Shown piece after piece: positions 41,105-54,086 of a stretch of 64,000 nt of DNA (position 1 is the stretch's first letter; every line of letters starts with the position of its first letter). Under the pieces are notes generated by a model. The model saw only the letters and a program-made list of their open reading frames with translations. It was not told where the DNA came from and did no database searches. The position numbers and the translations under genes were made by a program. The stretch lies in the NCBI RefSeq assembly GCF_009914755.1, contig NC_060940.1; one strand, 5' to 3'. This stretch comes from the human T2T-CHM13v2.0 reference genome, Homo sapiens.

Positions 41105-41125
41105 GTAGAATGTTTTAAATTAGAT

Positions 41126-41358
41126 CAGAGTATCTCAGACTCAGAACCACTGACATTATGGGCCAGATAATTGTGGCTGGGGAAGGTTGTCCTGTGCATT
41201 GTAGGATACTTTAGCAATATTCTTGGTTTCTATCTACTAAATGCCAGTACAACTTCCCTCTCAGTTGTAACAACCAAAACTGTTTCCAGACATCGTCATA
41301 TGTCTCTTGGGGGGGCGGTGCAAATACCAGCCTCCCATTCCCATTTAGAACTGCTAAC
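41126..41358 (+). mobile_element. MER20 hAT-Charlie element
   Basis: actgacattatgggccagataatt, tgtcctgtgcattgtaggat, agttgtaacaaccaaaactgtttccagacat. Confidence 0.9.
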
Positions 41359-41469
41359 CATTGAGCTGGGTGATACTGAAGACACAGTTATGACTTACAT
41401 ATGTTTTATTAATGTTATTCCCAAGAAGGCTAATACAATTTTTTGGAATATAGTCTACAATCAAAGTTT

Positions 41470-42113
41470 TGTATAAAAGTTTATCTCATAAAATATTAAA
41501 AATCAGATGGCTCATTTTGGATCTCAGGAACTGTTACTGCAGATTATTTTGAGCTGAAGGAGACAGGGGGGCCTCAGAAACAAGAAGATTTCTCTGACTT
41601 CCTCCTGCCTTTCTGTCTCCTGCTGCTCTTTCTCCTCCAAATCTAGCCATAGAAACCAGAATTCCTCCTACCAAGGTAGGTCATAAAAACTAGAATTCCT
41701 CTCCCAATGCAAGCCATAAATCATAGAAAGGTCACTCTCTGACCTTTTCCCTTCACCTTTGAAGAACTTCAGGTGTTTTTACCTATGCCTGGAGGAAAGG
41801 AATGCACAAAGAAGCCAAGAAGAATCTGAAAAAAAGCAGTCCTTGCTAAGTTCTCCCTAGTTTATTACCATGGGATCATATCCTTTTTGTCCAATCATGT
41901 TTCTCCACAATTATTCACTTCTTTCTTCATAATTAGCATAAAAACACATTTTTCTCTGGGTCTTCAGGTCTTTGTCTCTGAAAGCTCCTGCATCATATAA
42001 AACATTGTTAAATTATTTTCTATGCTTTTCTCTTGCTAATCTGTCTTTTGTTACAGGGATGTCAGATGAGACCTCACTATGAGTGATGAAAAGATATTAC
42101 TTTTTGCCATACA
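41470..42113 (+). mobile_element. MER34-family ERV1 solo LTR
   Basis: gattattttgagctgaagg, cctttttgtccaatca, tatgcttttctcttgctaatctgtcttttgtta, ends ccataca. Confidence 0.8.
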
Positions 42114-42753
42114 TTTTTGAGAGTTTCTGAACACCAACTATTGATCTGCCAAGCTCAATCATCAATTTCCTTTGATGCATTCAGATTTTGTCCATTTTAT
42201 CATTTAGCTTTCCAACCTTGAGCAAGATCTTGAGTTTGTCATTTCACTTTGATTATTAAACAAGTAGCACAAATAATAACATTGCTCTCCATACACTAAC
42301 AATAAATGCCTATCAAATAAAATACCTGTTTAACACACTGCTAAATTTATAATGGCCATTATTATGCATAATCACTATGCTTCTTAAGAGAATCAAGTAT
42401 GAGTTTCAAAACCATGTCTTCTGCATAAGGATTTTAGATATTTTTTGCCTTCTCTGCAATTTTGATAGTTTGCTTGCAGTTTGCTTTTATCCCGTGACAA
42501 ACTCAAGAGAAATCAATTTAATTTGAAATAACAAGTAGTCATTAGTTATTTTCTGTTGCGAGGATTAAATGAGCTTGCATCAAGCACTGTGTTAAATAAA
42601 GCTTTGCATACACTAAGTAATTCTGGACAAAATGACAGTGATTGTTTGCCTGCTCCTTTACTCCTTCCCCTTCCATCATAGGCCAGACACTTGATAAGCA
42701 TTTTTGGAGATTCATAGTTAGATTTGTACCCGAAGAAGTTGATAGTATAGGAA

Positions 42754-42917
42754 AGTAATACTTCTCAAATTCTAATCTGCATATGAATCAACTAGGATAC
42801 TGATAAAATGCAGATTCTGCTTTTGTAGGTCTAAGTTGGGGTCTGAGACTGAATTTCTATCAAGTTCAAGGCGATGCCAATCTTTCTGATACAAGGACAA
42901 CTCGTTGAGTTGCGAGG
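42754..42917 (-). mobile_element. MER5A/B element
   Basis: cttctcaaa...taaaatgcagattctg...gtaggtct...ctgaga...atttcta. Confidence 0.75.
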
Positions 42918-43179
42918 TAACGGGACGGTCATCATGTTATGAGAAAGATGTCAATCCTTTCTAGCTGAAGGGATTTAAGAATGGCTTGGTTGGTAATCTA
43001 TTCTCCCTGAGGCCATAGACGAAACTCAGTGTCTGGTACAGAGTAAGATCTCAAAAATAGATGAGTGAAGAAAGCATTTTAATGTGTGTCAGTCGATGTG
43101 TTTGTTTGAAAGTGTTCAGATGGAATTCAAAGGTATTTCAGATGGTCAGCATAAGTCGCAGAGGCAATAGAGGTCAAAA

Positions 43180-43368
43180 CAGTGGTTCTCAAAGTGCGGT
43201 CCTCTGGACTAGCAGCATCAGCATCTTTGGGAAATTTGTTAGAAATACAAAGTCTGAGGTCCCACCCACGTGTACTGAAGGAGAAGATCTGGGGGTAGGG
43301 CCCAGCAATCTGTGTTTTAGCAAACCCACCAGGTGATTCTGATGCACATTAAAGATTGAGAACCACTG
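43180..43368 (+). mobile_element. MER5A, full length
   Basis: Perfect 13-bp TIRs cagtggttctcaa / ttgagaaccactg; internal agcagcatcagcatc, gggcccagcaatctgtgtttt. Confidence 0.95.
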
Positions 43369-45489
43369 ACTGAAAACACAGATGCGAATTCAGATTACTT
43401 GGAGTATGGGATATATGAAGAAGAAGAAAAGAAGGTCTAAATGGATTACAACATCGAGGATGTGACTGTTATCTCCAACATTCCATTGATTATAATCACA
43501 GGACTGACAAGGCCAAAAAACATATTCCTCCCACTCCACCCCATTCTCAATATCCTAAGCAATTAACATATCCCACACGGATACATCTTGCCTCATCAAA
43601 GAAGTACAGGAATAAAGATTGACTAGGAGGGACAGGGAATTTAGAGAAAGCAGAAGCTGCAGCGGAGAGGAGGTAAGGATAGGCTCATAGGAAATACTGT
43701 GAGCCAGCTACGATTTAGAGGTGGGGAATGGCCGAATGAACCAAAAAATGGGTGTTGGAGAGAGAGAATACAAATATAAGCCCGAATCCAGGAGGCTAAA
43801 TAAGACATCGGAGAAAGGCTAAAATGAGAAGAGACTGAAGCTCTGCAATAATTGAAAGAAACAGAGCATCCACGAGAAGAGGACTCTTGCTGATCTTAAA
43901 GAGACTTTAAGTTATGGAGGCACAAGTTAAACACTGTAATTCCACACACCAATGCCAGAATTGCCTCTCCCAATGACAAATTTGTCAGCCGAGCACACAA
44001 AGAGTCCTTGTGTAATGGACAATAAAGCACCTGTTGCCTACTTTTTAAAGTATAAATGGGGTTTTCTTGTTGTTTTTGTTAAATTCTGAATAATTTCTTT
44101 AATAAAAGCTAAGACAACAGAGTCTTACTACTTAAACTATTTAAATTTGTGGAAACGAAATGTTTCTCAAACTCAGCAGATGGCCAAAATAGACACTTTC
44201 CAAAAAGCTTGGGAGGGAAGAGGGAGGAAAGGCCCAGCAATGGTGAAAGGGAAAGAGCCCCATTTTAAATAAAAGAAATACAGTTGTAGCTCCAGTTCTG
44301 CCACTATGTCTGTGACTTTTGGTGAGTTGCTTCCCCACTGTCTATTTCTGTTTCCTTATTCATTGCAGTCCAAGACCTTACTTTTCCTACCAAGTCTTAG
44401 TGTTAAACATATTAATCCTTGAGAAAGTTATTTTAAGATTACAAAGGGCTAGATACAGTATTGAGAAAACTTATCTAAAACAAATCTTACCTCTTTTCTC
44501 TCTCCTGGCTCTTCGCTCCTCTGATTCTCTGAATTTTTGCAAAAATTCATAAATTAGCCACATTTATATACATGCTTGTAAAAAATTATCATTTGTTTTG
44601 CAGTTATTCTTTTTGAAATATCTAACCGTAATTTTCTCCAAAATTTTCGGAATATGAGAATCATCAATATTGTCAAATGAAAAATAAATGTTTTGTCAAC
44701 CTGGGAAAAATATATGATTTATTAATGAAACTGCAGGCTCTCAATTATTCGTATTTTTATTTCTTTACTTATCCTATGCATTTATTATTTATTGATAAAT
44801 AAATAAAAGGACATGCATTTTATCTTTGTTACACACTATTCGCTTTGGAAGAAGTCATTGAGCCTTTGTTTCTGTATCTACAATATTAGCAAAGTGTTCA
44901 TCATAATAAAAACTAATATATATGAATATTGACATGTGCACCTACTTAAATTAATTAAAATATAATACTTTCTAAACTCATCAGATGATTGAGTCTGGCA
45001 CTTTCAAAATAGCTTGTGTAAACAGATCATCCAGGTGCTTCACCTGAATTGTTTTACTTGTTCCTCACAGTGCCCCTAAGTGCTCCTTTGCTTTCACTTC
45101 TGATGAAGAATTAAAGCTTCTTTTCAGGAGTAAGATTCCAGAGTCTTTACTCTTGGCCACTACCCTGTGGTCTGTATGGAATTAACCTTATCATCATTCT
45201 TGGATGTGGAGGTGGACATTGTTTCGTTTCTAAAACATGACGCATGTTTTCTCCAGCACCTGGCATGCATATTTCATAGCAATCCATAGGTACTTAATAA
45301 ATTATTATTAAATAAATGTATTACACTTTCATATGGCAATTTCTGAGTTTAAGGGGAGTGACCAGTTAGGCAACAGGGAAACAGAACACATTAAAAAACA
45401 AACAAACAAAAAAACAAACAAAAAAAAATCCACACAGATAGACTTGGCATTGCACATAGAGTTGGCATTAGGTAATTCAAGGTCAACAC

Positions 45490-45930
45490 AAATGTCTTTT
45501 CTTCATTCAATCAACATACATCTGAGTTTTGAGACATGGGTTAGTATTAGCCTGGATAGGGAGGGGACGTCTAAGCAGACACACGGAAGCATTGGTGGAT
45601 AAGTTATAACATAAGAGTTATGTTTTGAAAGTGATGGGAACAAAAATGAAGAATGAGATTGCAGTTTTAAGCAAGATGTAACATTCATTGGTAAAGCATT
45701 TGGAAAATATTCTGGGGATAAGGCATTCCAGGGGAAGAGTGACAAGTTCATGATTCCATACGTGGAAGATCATTCTAGTGGCTGTATGGGAAATGGACAG
45801 AAGAAGACTAGACTTGATATGTGATATACAAGAAAAAGGCTATTAAAACGGCTCAGGGGAGAGATGATGGGGCTTGGAATGAAGGCAGAGACATCAGTGG
45901 GAATAGAGAAAAAGTGTGAGAGTGAATATA
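45490..45930 (-). mobile_element. L2 fragment
   Basis: ggcattccaggggaagag, gaagatcattctagtggctgtatgg, gagagatgatggggcttgga. Confidence 0.65.
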
Positions 45931-46914
45931 TATATATATATATATAACATATATACAGTATTTTTTTTAAAAAGACTTATCTCACAGCCAGAGGTAAGAA
46001 GAAAAAAAGTGGTTGACCAAATGGCCAGCTATGCCCCCCAAGATTCTGAAGAAGCACTGCTTAGTACCAGACTCCTTGGCTTGTCTCCAAATTAAATTTT
46101 GTAGTCTTTCTTATTGCCTTATTAATTGTCCCTATTCTTTTCTTAGCAGCATAAGGCAACATGAATTTCAGGCACTAAAATTCAAAATCAAGATGCGTAG
46201 AAGAAATATCACTAACTGGAGCTTCAACAAGTATTAAACTCCTACTAAACATACTTAATTTAGAATTAATAAGGTGATGGTATGGAAATTAAATCCCCTA
46301 TGATTGTCAGGGAAGAGCACCTATTGAGGTATAAATATATGAAAGATAAATCTACTTGCAATGTAATTAATTCAAATCTGCAGAACCAATAAGTGTGTGA
46401 CGATGTTCTTATTATTACATTACACTTGTGAGAAATGCTCAGGAATTTAATTAGCATTTACCCATACAACTAAGGAAAATGAGATATTAAGCATGCTATC
46501 TAATTAACTGGCTATAGATGGCTTGTTAAATAAATATTAAATGTATAAACACTTGAGACTAGCTTGGAAGTGTTGCCCTAACTAGATATCCATTTACTTA
46601 TGAGTTTTTCCCCCAAAATAATGGTAATTTTAAGAACTAAAAATACACAGAGGCTTCCAGTGGAGGTTACAGCCTTTATGTGACTGTTTTCCTTTTCAGC
46701 TCAATTAGGCCTTTGTCCTCGCCTTCTTTTCCAAATTTAAGCTATAGTTTAAACTATGAGATCACATGCATTATGCAAGCAGGTTTTTACAACACTCTGG
46801 TCAGTTTTCTTAGAGTGTCAATATCTCCATTTTACAGATATGGCTGCTGAAATGTGGACATGCTAATTTGTTCCATGTCACACAGCAAGACAATGTTGAA
46901 TGCTTTATTATTGC

Positions 46915-47510
46915 AGCATTTCTAAATACCGACTATCCCTACAAAGCAGTCATGATGATATTGATGTAAATCAAACATCATTCCTCTATTCAAAACTCCT
47001 CAATGACCTTCCATATCATTAAGAGCAAGTGCTTTAATTTTTAAGGCTCTTCATGAGGTGGCCACTGCTAACATTCTCTGCAACTTCAGATCCATCACAC
47101 GTTTGAGCTCATGTCCTACCAACTCTCCCTTTTATTTTATCTACTACTGGTGCTCGTGTGGTCACTGTTCCTGGACCATCGTAGGCAAGTTCCAGCATCA
47201 GGACTTTCATTGATGCTGTTTTTTCTTATTCCCTCAGTTACTTCCTATCTCTACTCAAATATTACCTTATCAACGAGAGGGAGTCCAAAAAAGAAGGGTC
47301 TCATTTCTACCATTCCCATCCCTCTAACTTCCTTTATTTTTCTCTGATCATAGCACATACTACAAATTTGGCATGTTTATTTGTCACTTGTGTGCCACCC
47401 CTCACTGGACTATAAAGTCCACAAGACCAGGAATTCATGTTTGTGCATTATTATATCCCTAGCACAAAAAGTAATGATGCCCGGACATGGCTTATTTAAT
47501 GAAAAAAAAA
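46915..47510 (+). mobile_element. L2a-type 3' region
   Basis: ttcaaaactcctcaatg, ctgttcctgga, ctactcaaatattacctt, ggactataaagtccac, tatatccctagcac. Confidence 0.8.
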
Positions 47511-49410
47511 GAACGATCTGTGAACGATAGCATCTATATGCCACACTAGAAGGTTCCAATTGGTCACAATAATCCCAATTTCTACATTTTTCAAAGTTCA
47601 TGTTGAGCAGTATAATGTAATACATGGTTAGAAATGGGTCTGGCTCTTTGCTTATTTTTTTTTCTTGAATCTCGACATAGTCCCTCCTGCTCATTAATGA
47701 TAATTTATGTATTCCTTGAATCGAGTTTATTGTGCATTCTATTACTCAACTACTTTTTGATATTTTCATTACATACTCTCTCCAATTCAAAAGGCTTCAA
47801 ATTCAACCAATTACTTCAAAATCATCTGAGATTGTTTAAAAAGGAATTCTACAAGTCAAGGATTTATTTTTTGTGCATTGCTACATTTTCAACTCTGGAA
47901 GTTTATATCATCTTTTTAGGATAGATCTCGGAATCTTTCTTGTTAAGATGGAGAATTGGAATGTGTGATCACTAAGATCATTTCCAGGGAATGGACAGAT
48001 ACTTCGCAAACCAATATTTAACTTCATGGATGTTTCTAGAGTATTGTCTAATATTTTAAAACATCTAATATCTTATTAATATGTCTCCCATTCTGTAAAG
48101 TAGAGGTGATTAATCCTCTAGGGAAAAAAATGACAAGGTCTATAAAAATGTAAGGTTTAGTTTAGTTTGTTTTGTTTTATCTCAGTGTTTTGATTATCAT
48201 CTTTGGATGATATGGGTGGATAGCAGCAGGATGGTCTTGAAGGCTTAAAAAAATACATCCAAGATGTTACGGAGATTAAGTCAAGTGTTAGAAAATGAAT
48301 TTTTGTAGTAATTAGATGAAAAGAGAACATAAATGGGGAAACAGTTGTTTCCAAACATCTGAAAGATTGTCTTAGTTAAGAAACTTAAGTTTGTCTGTTT
48401 TTGCTTTTCTCTTTATCCCAAGACAGTAGAGCAAGTACCAATGAGAACTCAGATGGCACTATGGAGAGTCTACCTTGGCATAAGTACAATAAACATGTTG
48501 TCTGTATATAACAGTTTAAACAGAAAAATGAATTAATTCTACTTAGAACTTAGGCAATAGAGACAAGAACAAAAAGGCCCACCATTTTCTGAAGATGTAG
48601 AAAAACACATGGATGGAAATATACCAATAATTTGTAATTATATTGCAGAGTTAACAATGGGAAACAAAAGCAAGACATAAATATGAAGTTGTTTCTAAAT
48701 AATTATAACATGTAGAATCACAGGCAGATGAAGTGAGAGATTAATCAAGCCTTAGTGAGTTTCACATATCTGGAGGGTATTTAAATGGAAGTTGGATGAT
48801 ATTTACTTGTGATGCTATGAACATTATTTGAACCAAAAACAATTTATTTCCTATAAAGTTTCATCTAGCCCTGGTTTTCAATGAAATTACAATTACAATT
48901 TATTTCACTTGAGAAATAATGAATGCCTAAAATTTACTCTCAAATAGTGTAGCAAATAAATATGAACATGAGTATAAATAAAAATATGCATATGATTCCT
49001 CTTTAATAATCTCGGATGATATTTGAGGTAATTTGGTTAAATTTAAACTCTGTTGAATTGGAGAGAGTATGTAATGAAAATCTCTAAAAGTAGATGGGTG
49101 ATAGAATGCACAGTAAACTTCATTCAAGGAATACATAAATTATCATTAATATGTATGAGGGACTATATCAAGATCCAAGAAAAAAATTAAGCAAAGAACC
49201 AGACCCATTTCTAACCATGTATTATATTATATTGTTCAACATAAACTTCGAAAAATGTACAAATTGCGGTTATTGTGGTAAATCAGAACCTTCTAGCGTG
49301 GCAAAAATGCCATTGTTGACAGAGCATTATTTTATGTTTTTCATTAAATAAGCCATGTGCCAGCCACTGTTACTTTATTTGCTGGGGATATAGTAATGAA
49401 CAAATGTGGA
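47435..49410. repeat. ~410-bp inverted duplication (47435-47847 vs 48995-49410)
   Basis: Reverse complement of the left arm aligns with the right arm throughout, roughly 80% by eye. Confidence 0.93.
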
Positions 49411-50092
49411 CAGAAAGACAAAATAGGGATACAATGACAATATAGTAAAATTTTAATTGGCATGACTAGGTGAAGGGTGTAAAGATAGTCATTGTACTAT
49501 TCCTTTAACTTTTCTTTAGTAACAATTTCCTTATAATTTTTTCAAAATAAATAACAAGTTAAAACCACATGTTTAGGAATGGCCTTCCTAACTAGCAACA
49601 TAGAAGAAAATATGTGGATATTGAGCATCTCTTAATTCTCAATGTATTTTTATTAAAATGTAAACAAACTTTAGATTGATAATTAATTTCCCTTTTTCTC
49701 AAGGATCCCCAGAAATTGTTTCATTTCTATTTTTTCCTCAAAAACAGGACTTTTGTATCAGTTCCACATGTATATTTTCCATATTTTTTCCAACATCTGT
49801 AATTAAGAATCCTTAAGACAATTGTTTCCTTTTTAGTTCATATTTAAATTGTGAACAATGTAAATACTGGTTGAAAGAATAAAAAATTTGATTGACTCAG
49901 AGCTTCACTCTTGAAAATAAGACTATAACAAAGACAGAATAAATAACATCATGTTCATACAGCATATTGGGGATAAAGTTACTTGGAACTTGGTATTATT
50001 CCAAAGTGACACAATGAGGTCTTTGAGTAGCTAAACTACATAAGACAGTAAAGGAAGTTTAAATTTAAATTTCTCTACCTTTGGTTGTATGA

Positions 50093-51715
50093 TTGTGGTC
50101 TTCATTCTTTGTCAACTTGGCTAACTAGAACTGTCAACTCAGAATCACCTTCCCTATGTGGTTTCAGATTAAGACTGGGAAAAACAGAAACTTATAAAAA
50201 ATAATTTTCTCATTTTTTAAAACTTTTTTTTAGATTAATTTTAGAATTGTAGAAAAGCTACAAAGATACTATAGAGGGTCACCATATGCCTCTCAGCTGG
50301 CTTTTCCTAGTGTTATCATCTTATAAAGGCATGGTACATATGTCAAATCTAAGAATGAATATTTGGTACAATATTATTAACTGTTTGGTAGAGTATCATT
50401 AAGTAACCTATGGAGAGGGGGTCTGTTTGTTTTCCTGTTCCAATTTCCCATCCAAGATACCATATTACATATCACATTTAGTGGGCATATCTCCTTAGAC
50501 TCCTCTGATCTGTAACAGTTTCTCAATTTTTCTTGTTTTTTATGAACTTAATAGTTTTGTGGAGTAGTAGTCAGGTGTTTTGTAGAATATCCCCCAAACT
50601 GAGTTGATGTTTTCTTATTATTTGACTTGGGTTATAGTTTTTTTGCGGGGAAAAACATAGAGGCAAGGTGCCCTTTTATTATATCATAGCAAGGGGTATA
50701 TGCTATCCATATGACTTATTATTGATATTTTGAAACTATGTCACTTGTTTAAAATGGCGTTTGAAAGCTTTTTACACTAAAAAATTTTTTTTTCTCTTTT
50801 CATACTCTATTCTTTGTGTGAGAGTCACTGATCCCAACCCACACTCAAGAGGAAGTAAACTAAGCTCTGCTTAACAGAACAGGAAGAATCTACATATATT
50901 ATTTGGAATTTTTCTGTAAAAAAGACTTTTTCTTTCTCACTAATTTATTTATTTGTTCAATCATTTATTTGTATCAGCATGGACTCATGAATATTTACTT
51001 TATTTTTTGGGTTAAAATTCAATATTTTGTCCCAGAATTCAAACTCTTTTGTTTGGTTTCTCTCTCCTTTTGACAAGGTCCCATCTTTCTTTTGCTGTTG
51101 TTTTTTTGTTAATTCATCACCTCTTTGCTTTCTAGTAGTCCAAGATGTTGTAGGTTTGTCTTGCTTGTATCTTTCCAGTTCTCATTCTAGATTCAGTCAT
51201 TTTTCTAAGAATCTCTGGTTCCTTTTATTTTAGAAAGGTACATACCATTTTGAATGCTAAAATGAAACAGAGGCCGTTATTTTCTGAAATTCGTTATAGT
51301 CAGATGCAATGATGGACAGATCTAGAGGTGGCCAAAAAGCTCCAGATTATTCTTGCTCTCCTTTCTTCTGACTTTTTCCTGACTGATGATCCTGTTGCAG
51401 AACAGGCTTCAGGACAACCACTGTGTGCTTGTCTGTAGACTCACAGTAGTAGTTATGCAGAACCAAAAAATTCCCATAGATCTACCAACAAGCTTTCCTT
51501 TTGCTGTCCCACCTCAGAAACTGAACATAGCCAATGACTATCTCTCTGATCCTCTAATTCCCTTTTTGAACTTTCACTTCTCCAGTTCTTTTCCCAGTTG
51601 TAAAATATTTTATTTTTGTGATAATAAAACATATTCCATAATACTCATAGTGACTCTGCTCCTAGAAATAGTTCAGACTAGAGAAGTGAAAATTTATTTT
51701 AAGTTGTTTCTCTAA
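50093..51715 (+). mobile_element. MLT2 (E/F-like) ERVL LTR split by an L1MC insertion
   Basis: 5' part tgtcaacttggctaactagaact...cttccctatgtggtt; 3' part ends ataataaaac...catagtgactctgct; followed by ERVL internal sequence. Confidence 0.65.
50215..51240 (-). mobile_element. L1MC (3/4-like) 3' region
   Basis: ccaagataccatattacat, tagtcaggtgttttgtagaatatcccc, cagaattc..., atcagcatggactcatg, agaatctctggttcctttt. Confidence 0.8.
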
Positions 51716-51719
51716 TCTG

Positions 51720-52850
51720 ACTAAATATAAAGGTATTGATTAACCTGAAGCCAATAGAATATTGGAAACTGGTGTTACATAGAATGTGTGGAAAAACAGG
51801 TACTTAAATTGCCATCTGTAGTCACCTGCATTTGAATGCCAATAGCATATTTTAGTGGAAATAAATAGTATAATAGGGTTGGTTGATTTTCTCTATGTGT
51901 GCTTATGAAACTTGAAAGAAGAAAATGATGAGCTCAGGGTTTTAAATTGCCAGGTCAATATCTAAATAAGGAAAAAATTTTTTCTGTGTTTGCCCTAAAT
52001 GCATTTCTTATCTTCTATAGCAAATGGTTTATAATTCCAGGAAATTAAACCCAAATTGTAATCTTTGAGGACCAAATTTACAAGATAAATTAAAATTACA
52101 ATATTATGGAGTCTCATGTTAAGGTTATGGCATTGATTGTTACAGTCTGATACCTTCAACACTGGGATGGGGAATGATGTAAAATTTTAAAGAAACTTTT
52201 CTTTAAAATTTTGGGGACTTTGCCCCCAAAGTTTTGGTTAGTGTTCCCCTGTCTAAGAAATTTAGTACACCATTTTCTAAAGAAATAAGGTAGTTTTCCT
52301 GCAGGGTACCCTGGCTCCTCCTCAAAATCAGTGCTTACCACCTCTCCTCGCTTCCAAACATATAAATAGGCTCAACTTCTATCAGGCCCTAAGGGTTTGT
52401 ACACAAAGTATGACTCATGGGACAGCAGCATGCCTATCAAAATAATTGCATAATTTTGCCTATATATATATGAAAAAACTTGGGGTTTCCTCAGTTCTGA
52501 AATGCATAGTTGAAATGGAACTGGCTAATTCTCCACATTGATGTCTCTGAAATGCAAGACATTATAGTAGGAAAGGGCAAGTTGAAGTCTCTAGAACTAT
52601 CTTTTCTCCATCTTAAAGCAAAAGCAAACATGAATTTCTGGAAGGATTGCAGAGATTAGAGCCCCACACACACAAAAAGAAAAAAAAAGAAAGAAAACTT
52701 GAAGACTCCTGCCATGTCTATTCATCATGCCTATTTGGCCTGTGTAGAACACAGATGGATCTCACAAACTAACAGTAGATGACCCTAAAACTTATCAGGT
52801 GGTTATTCTCACTGTAGCTGCTTTTAAAACTGTGGCTTTTTTGCTGTAGT
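51720..52850 (+). mobile_element. ERVL internal fossil (gag and RT fragments)
   Basis: gaaaatgatgagctcaggg is gag-like; 52756-52822 reads DGSHKLTVDDPKTYQVVILTVAA, resembling ERVL RT DGSWRMTVDYRKLNQVV.PIAAA; heavily deleted. Confidence 0.75.
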
Positions 52851-53239
52851 CAATGTTGTTCTCCATCTCAAAGTTTTAACCATACTAGTCTTCATCTTCA
52901 TGATACCAAACTGTCATTTCAGTCTGTTTTACCAACTGTTTACCTTTCCTAGAAAATGTCTCCAGATATTATGTAGTTTTCTGCCTTAAAATCACTGTCC
53001 AGTTCCACTTCTTTGTAATATGCAACAGATGATACCAACCTGTTTTCCTCTGTTGGAATGCTAGGTTTTCTGACTCATTGTTTGACACTCTTTCTTACTC
53101 TTCTTACTATTTCTGGGCCTCAGCTTACCAACAAAATGGGTGTTTGGCACTGATTCTGGTAGGAAGCATCAAGATAAAAAAAATTCAAGATATTAAAACA
53201 TGTTTAGTTCTGCCTCAGAACCAGATATCATACTATATT

Positions 53240-53410
53240 ATATCACCAAAACCTCAGACCAACTTTACGTGGTATTACTAGTCCCTATTTACAGGTACGA
53301 ATACTGTGATACCAAGACTTTGGATGACTTGGTCAGAAGTGACAACTAGATACAAAGGATGCCCATTTGTTTGATGCCAGAGTTGGCCTCTTAAGCCCCA
53401 CTTTCTCCTT
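53240..53410 (-). mobile_element. MIR fragment
   Basis: ggtattactagtccctatttacagg...tgacttggtcagaagtgacaacta. Confidence 0.6.
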
Positions 53411-54027
53411 TTTAATGTTGTGGGTTATTCAGCCTTTAAACTCACAAAATGCTTCTCATAAACATATTTCCCCTTGTACTATTAGGTTTTATTACAAAAA
53501 TTGGGTTGAATACAGATAGGTTTAAAATCGCTTCATTGAATCACATTGAATAGAATAAAAAAGAAAGAAGAAAGGGAATTCCACTTTTCTTCACTGCTGA
53601 GATCATCATTTGGCAAAAAGAAATAAACGTATTTGTCAGAATTTCTTGAAAAAATAGACCAGATACTTGACCCATATTTCCTTGGCCACCACATCTGAGA
53701 AAAAAACCTGGATCATAATAAAGTCAGAATTTTTTCTCCCCTCCAAGTCCTAACATTGTGTATCCAATTTGCTCTGGGAAGCTGAGTGGCTTTGAGGACT
53801 ACCTTCTTTTCTGCCAACAAAATATTACAATTTCACCAGCTTCTTCTTCATCTGAAAATAGGCTTGAAAGAAAACGTAGGTGTTTATCAGGCAAATAATT
53901 CCAAATTATAAGAAAAAAAGCTAATAAAATGGTAGAAAATCTCTTCATGCTACATTTATAACAGCACCATGTAGAGCACATTCCACCACCTCCCCATTTT
54001 TACTACCCCCTTACCACTGCACATGAG

Positions 54028-54031
<4 letters not shown>

Positions 54032-54080
<49 letters not shown>

Positions 54081-54086
54081 ATACAC
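54032..54086. repeat. (CA)n microsatellite, about 21 pure units
   Basis: Read directly from sequence. Confidence 0.97.

Noticed and set aside
43450-44060. Possible old LTR or exon-like purine-rich segment (similarly 23720-24190 and 13990-14540)
   Set aside because: Could not assign a family or boundaries from sequence alone.
47410-49351. Two ORFs sharing SKEPDPFLTMYYIIL, suggesting paralogous small genes
   Set aside because: Explained by the inverted DNA duplication; frames diverge through indels on both sides and there is no splice or promoter support.
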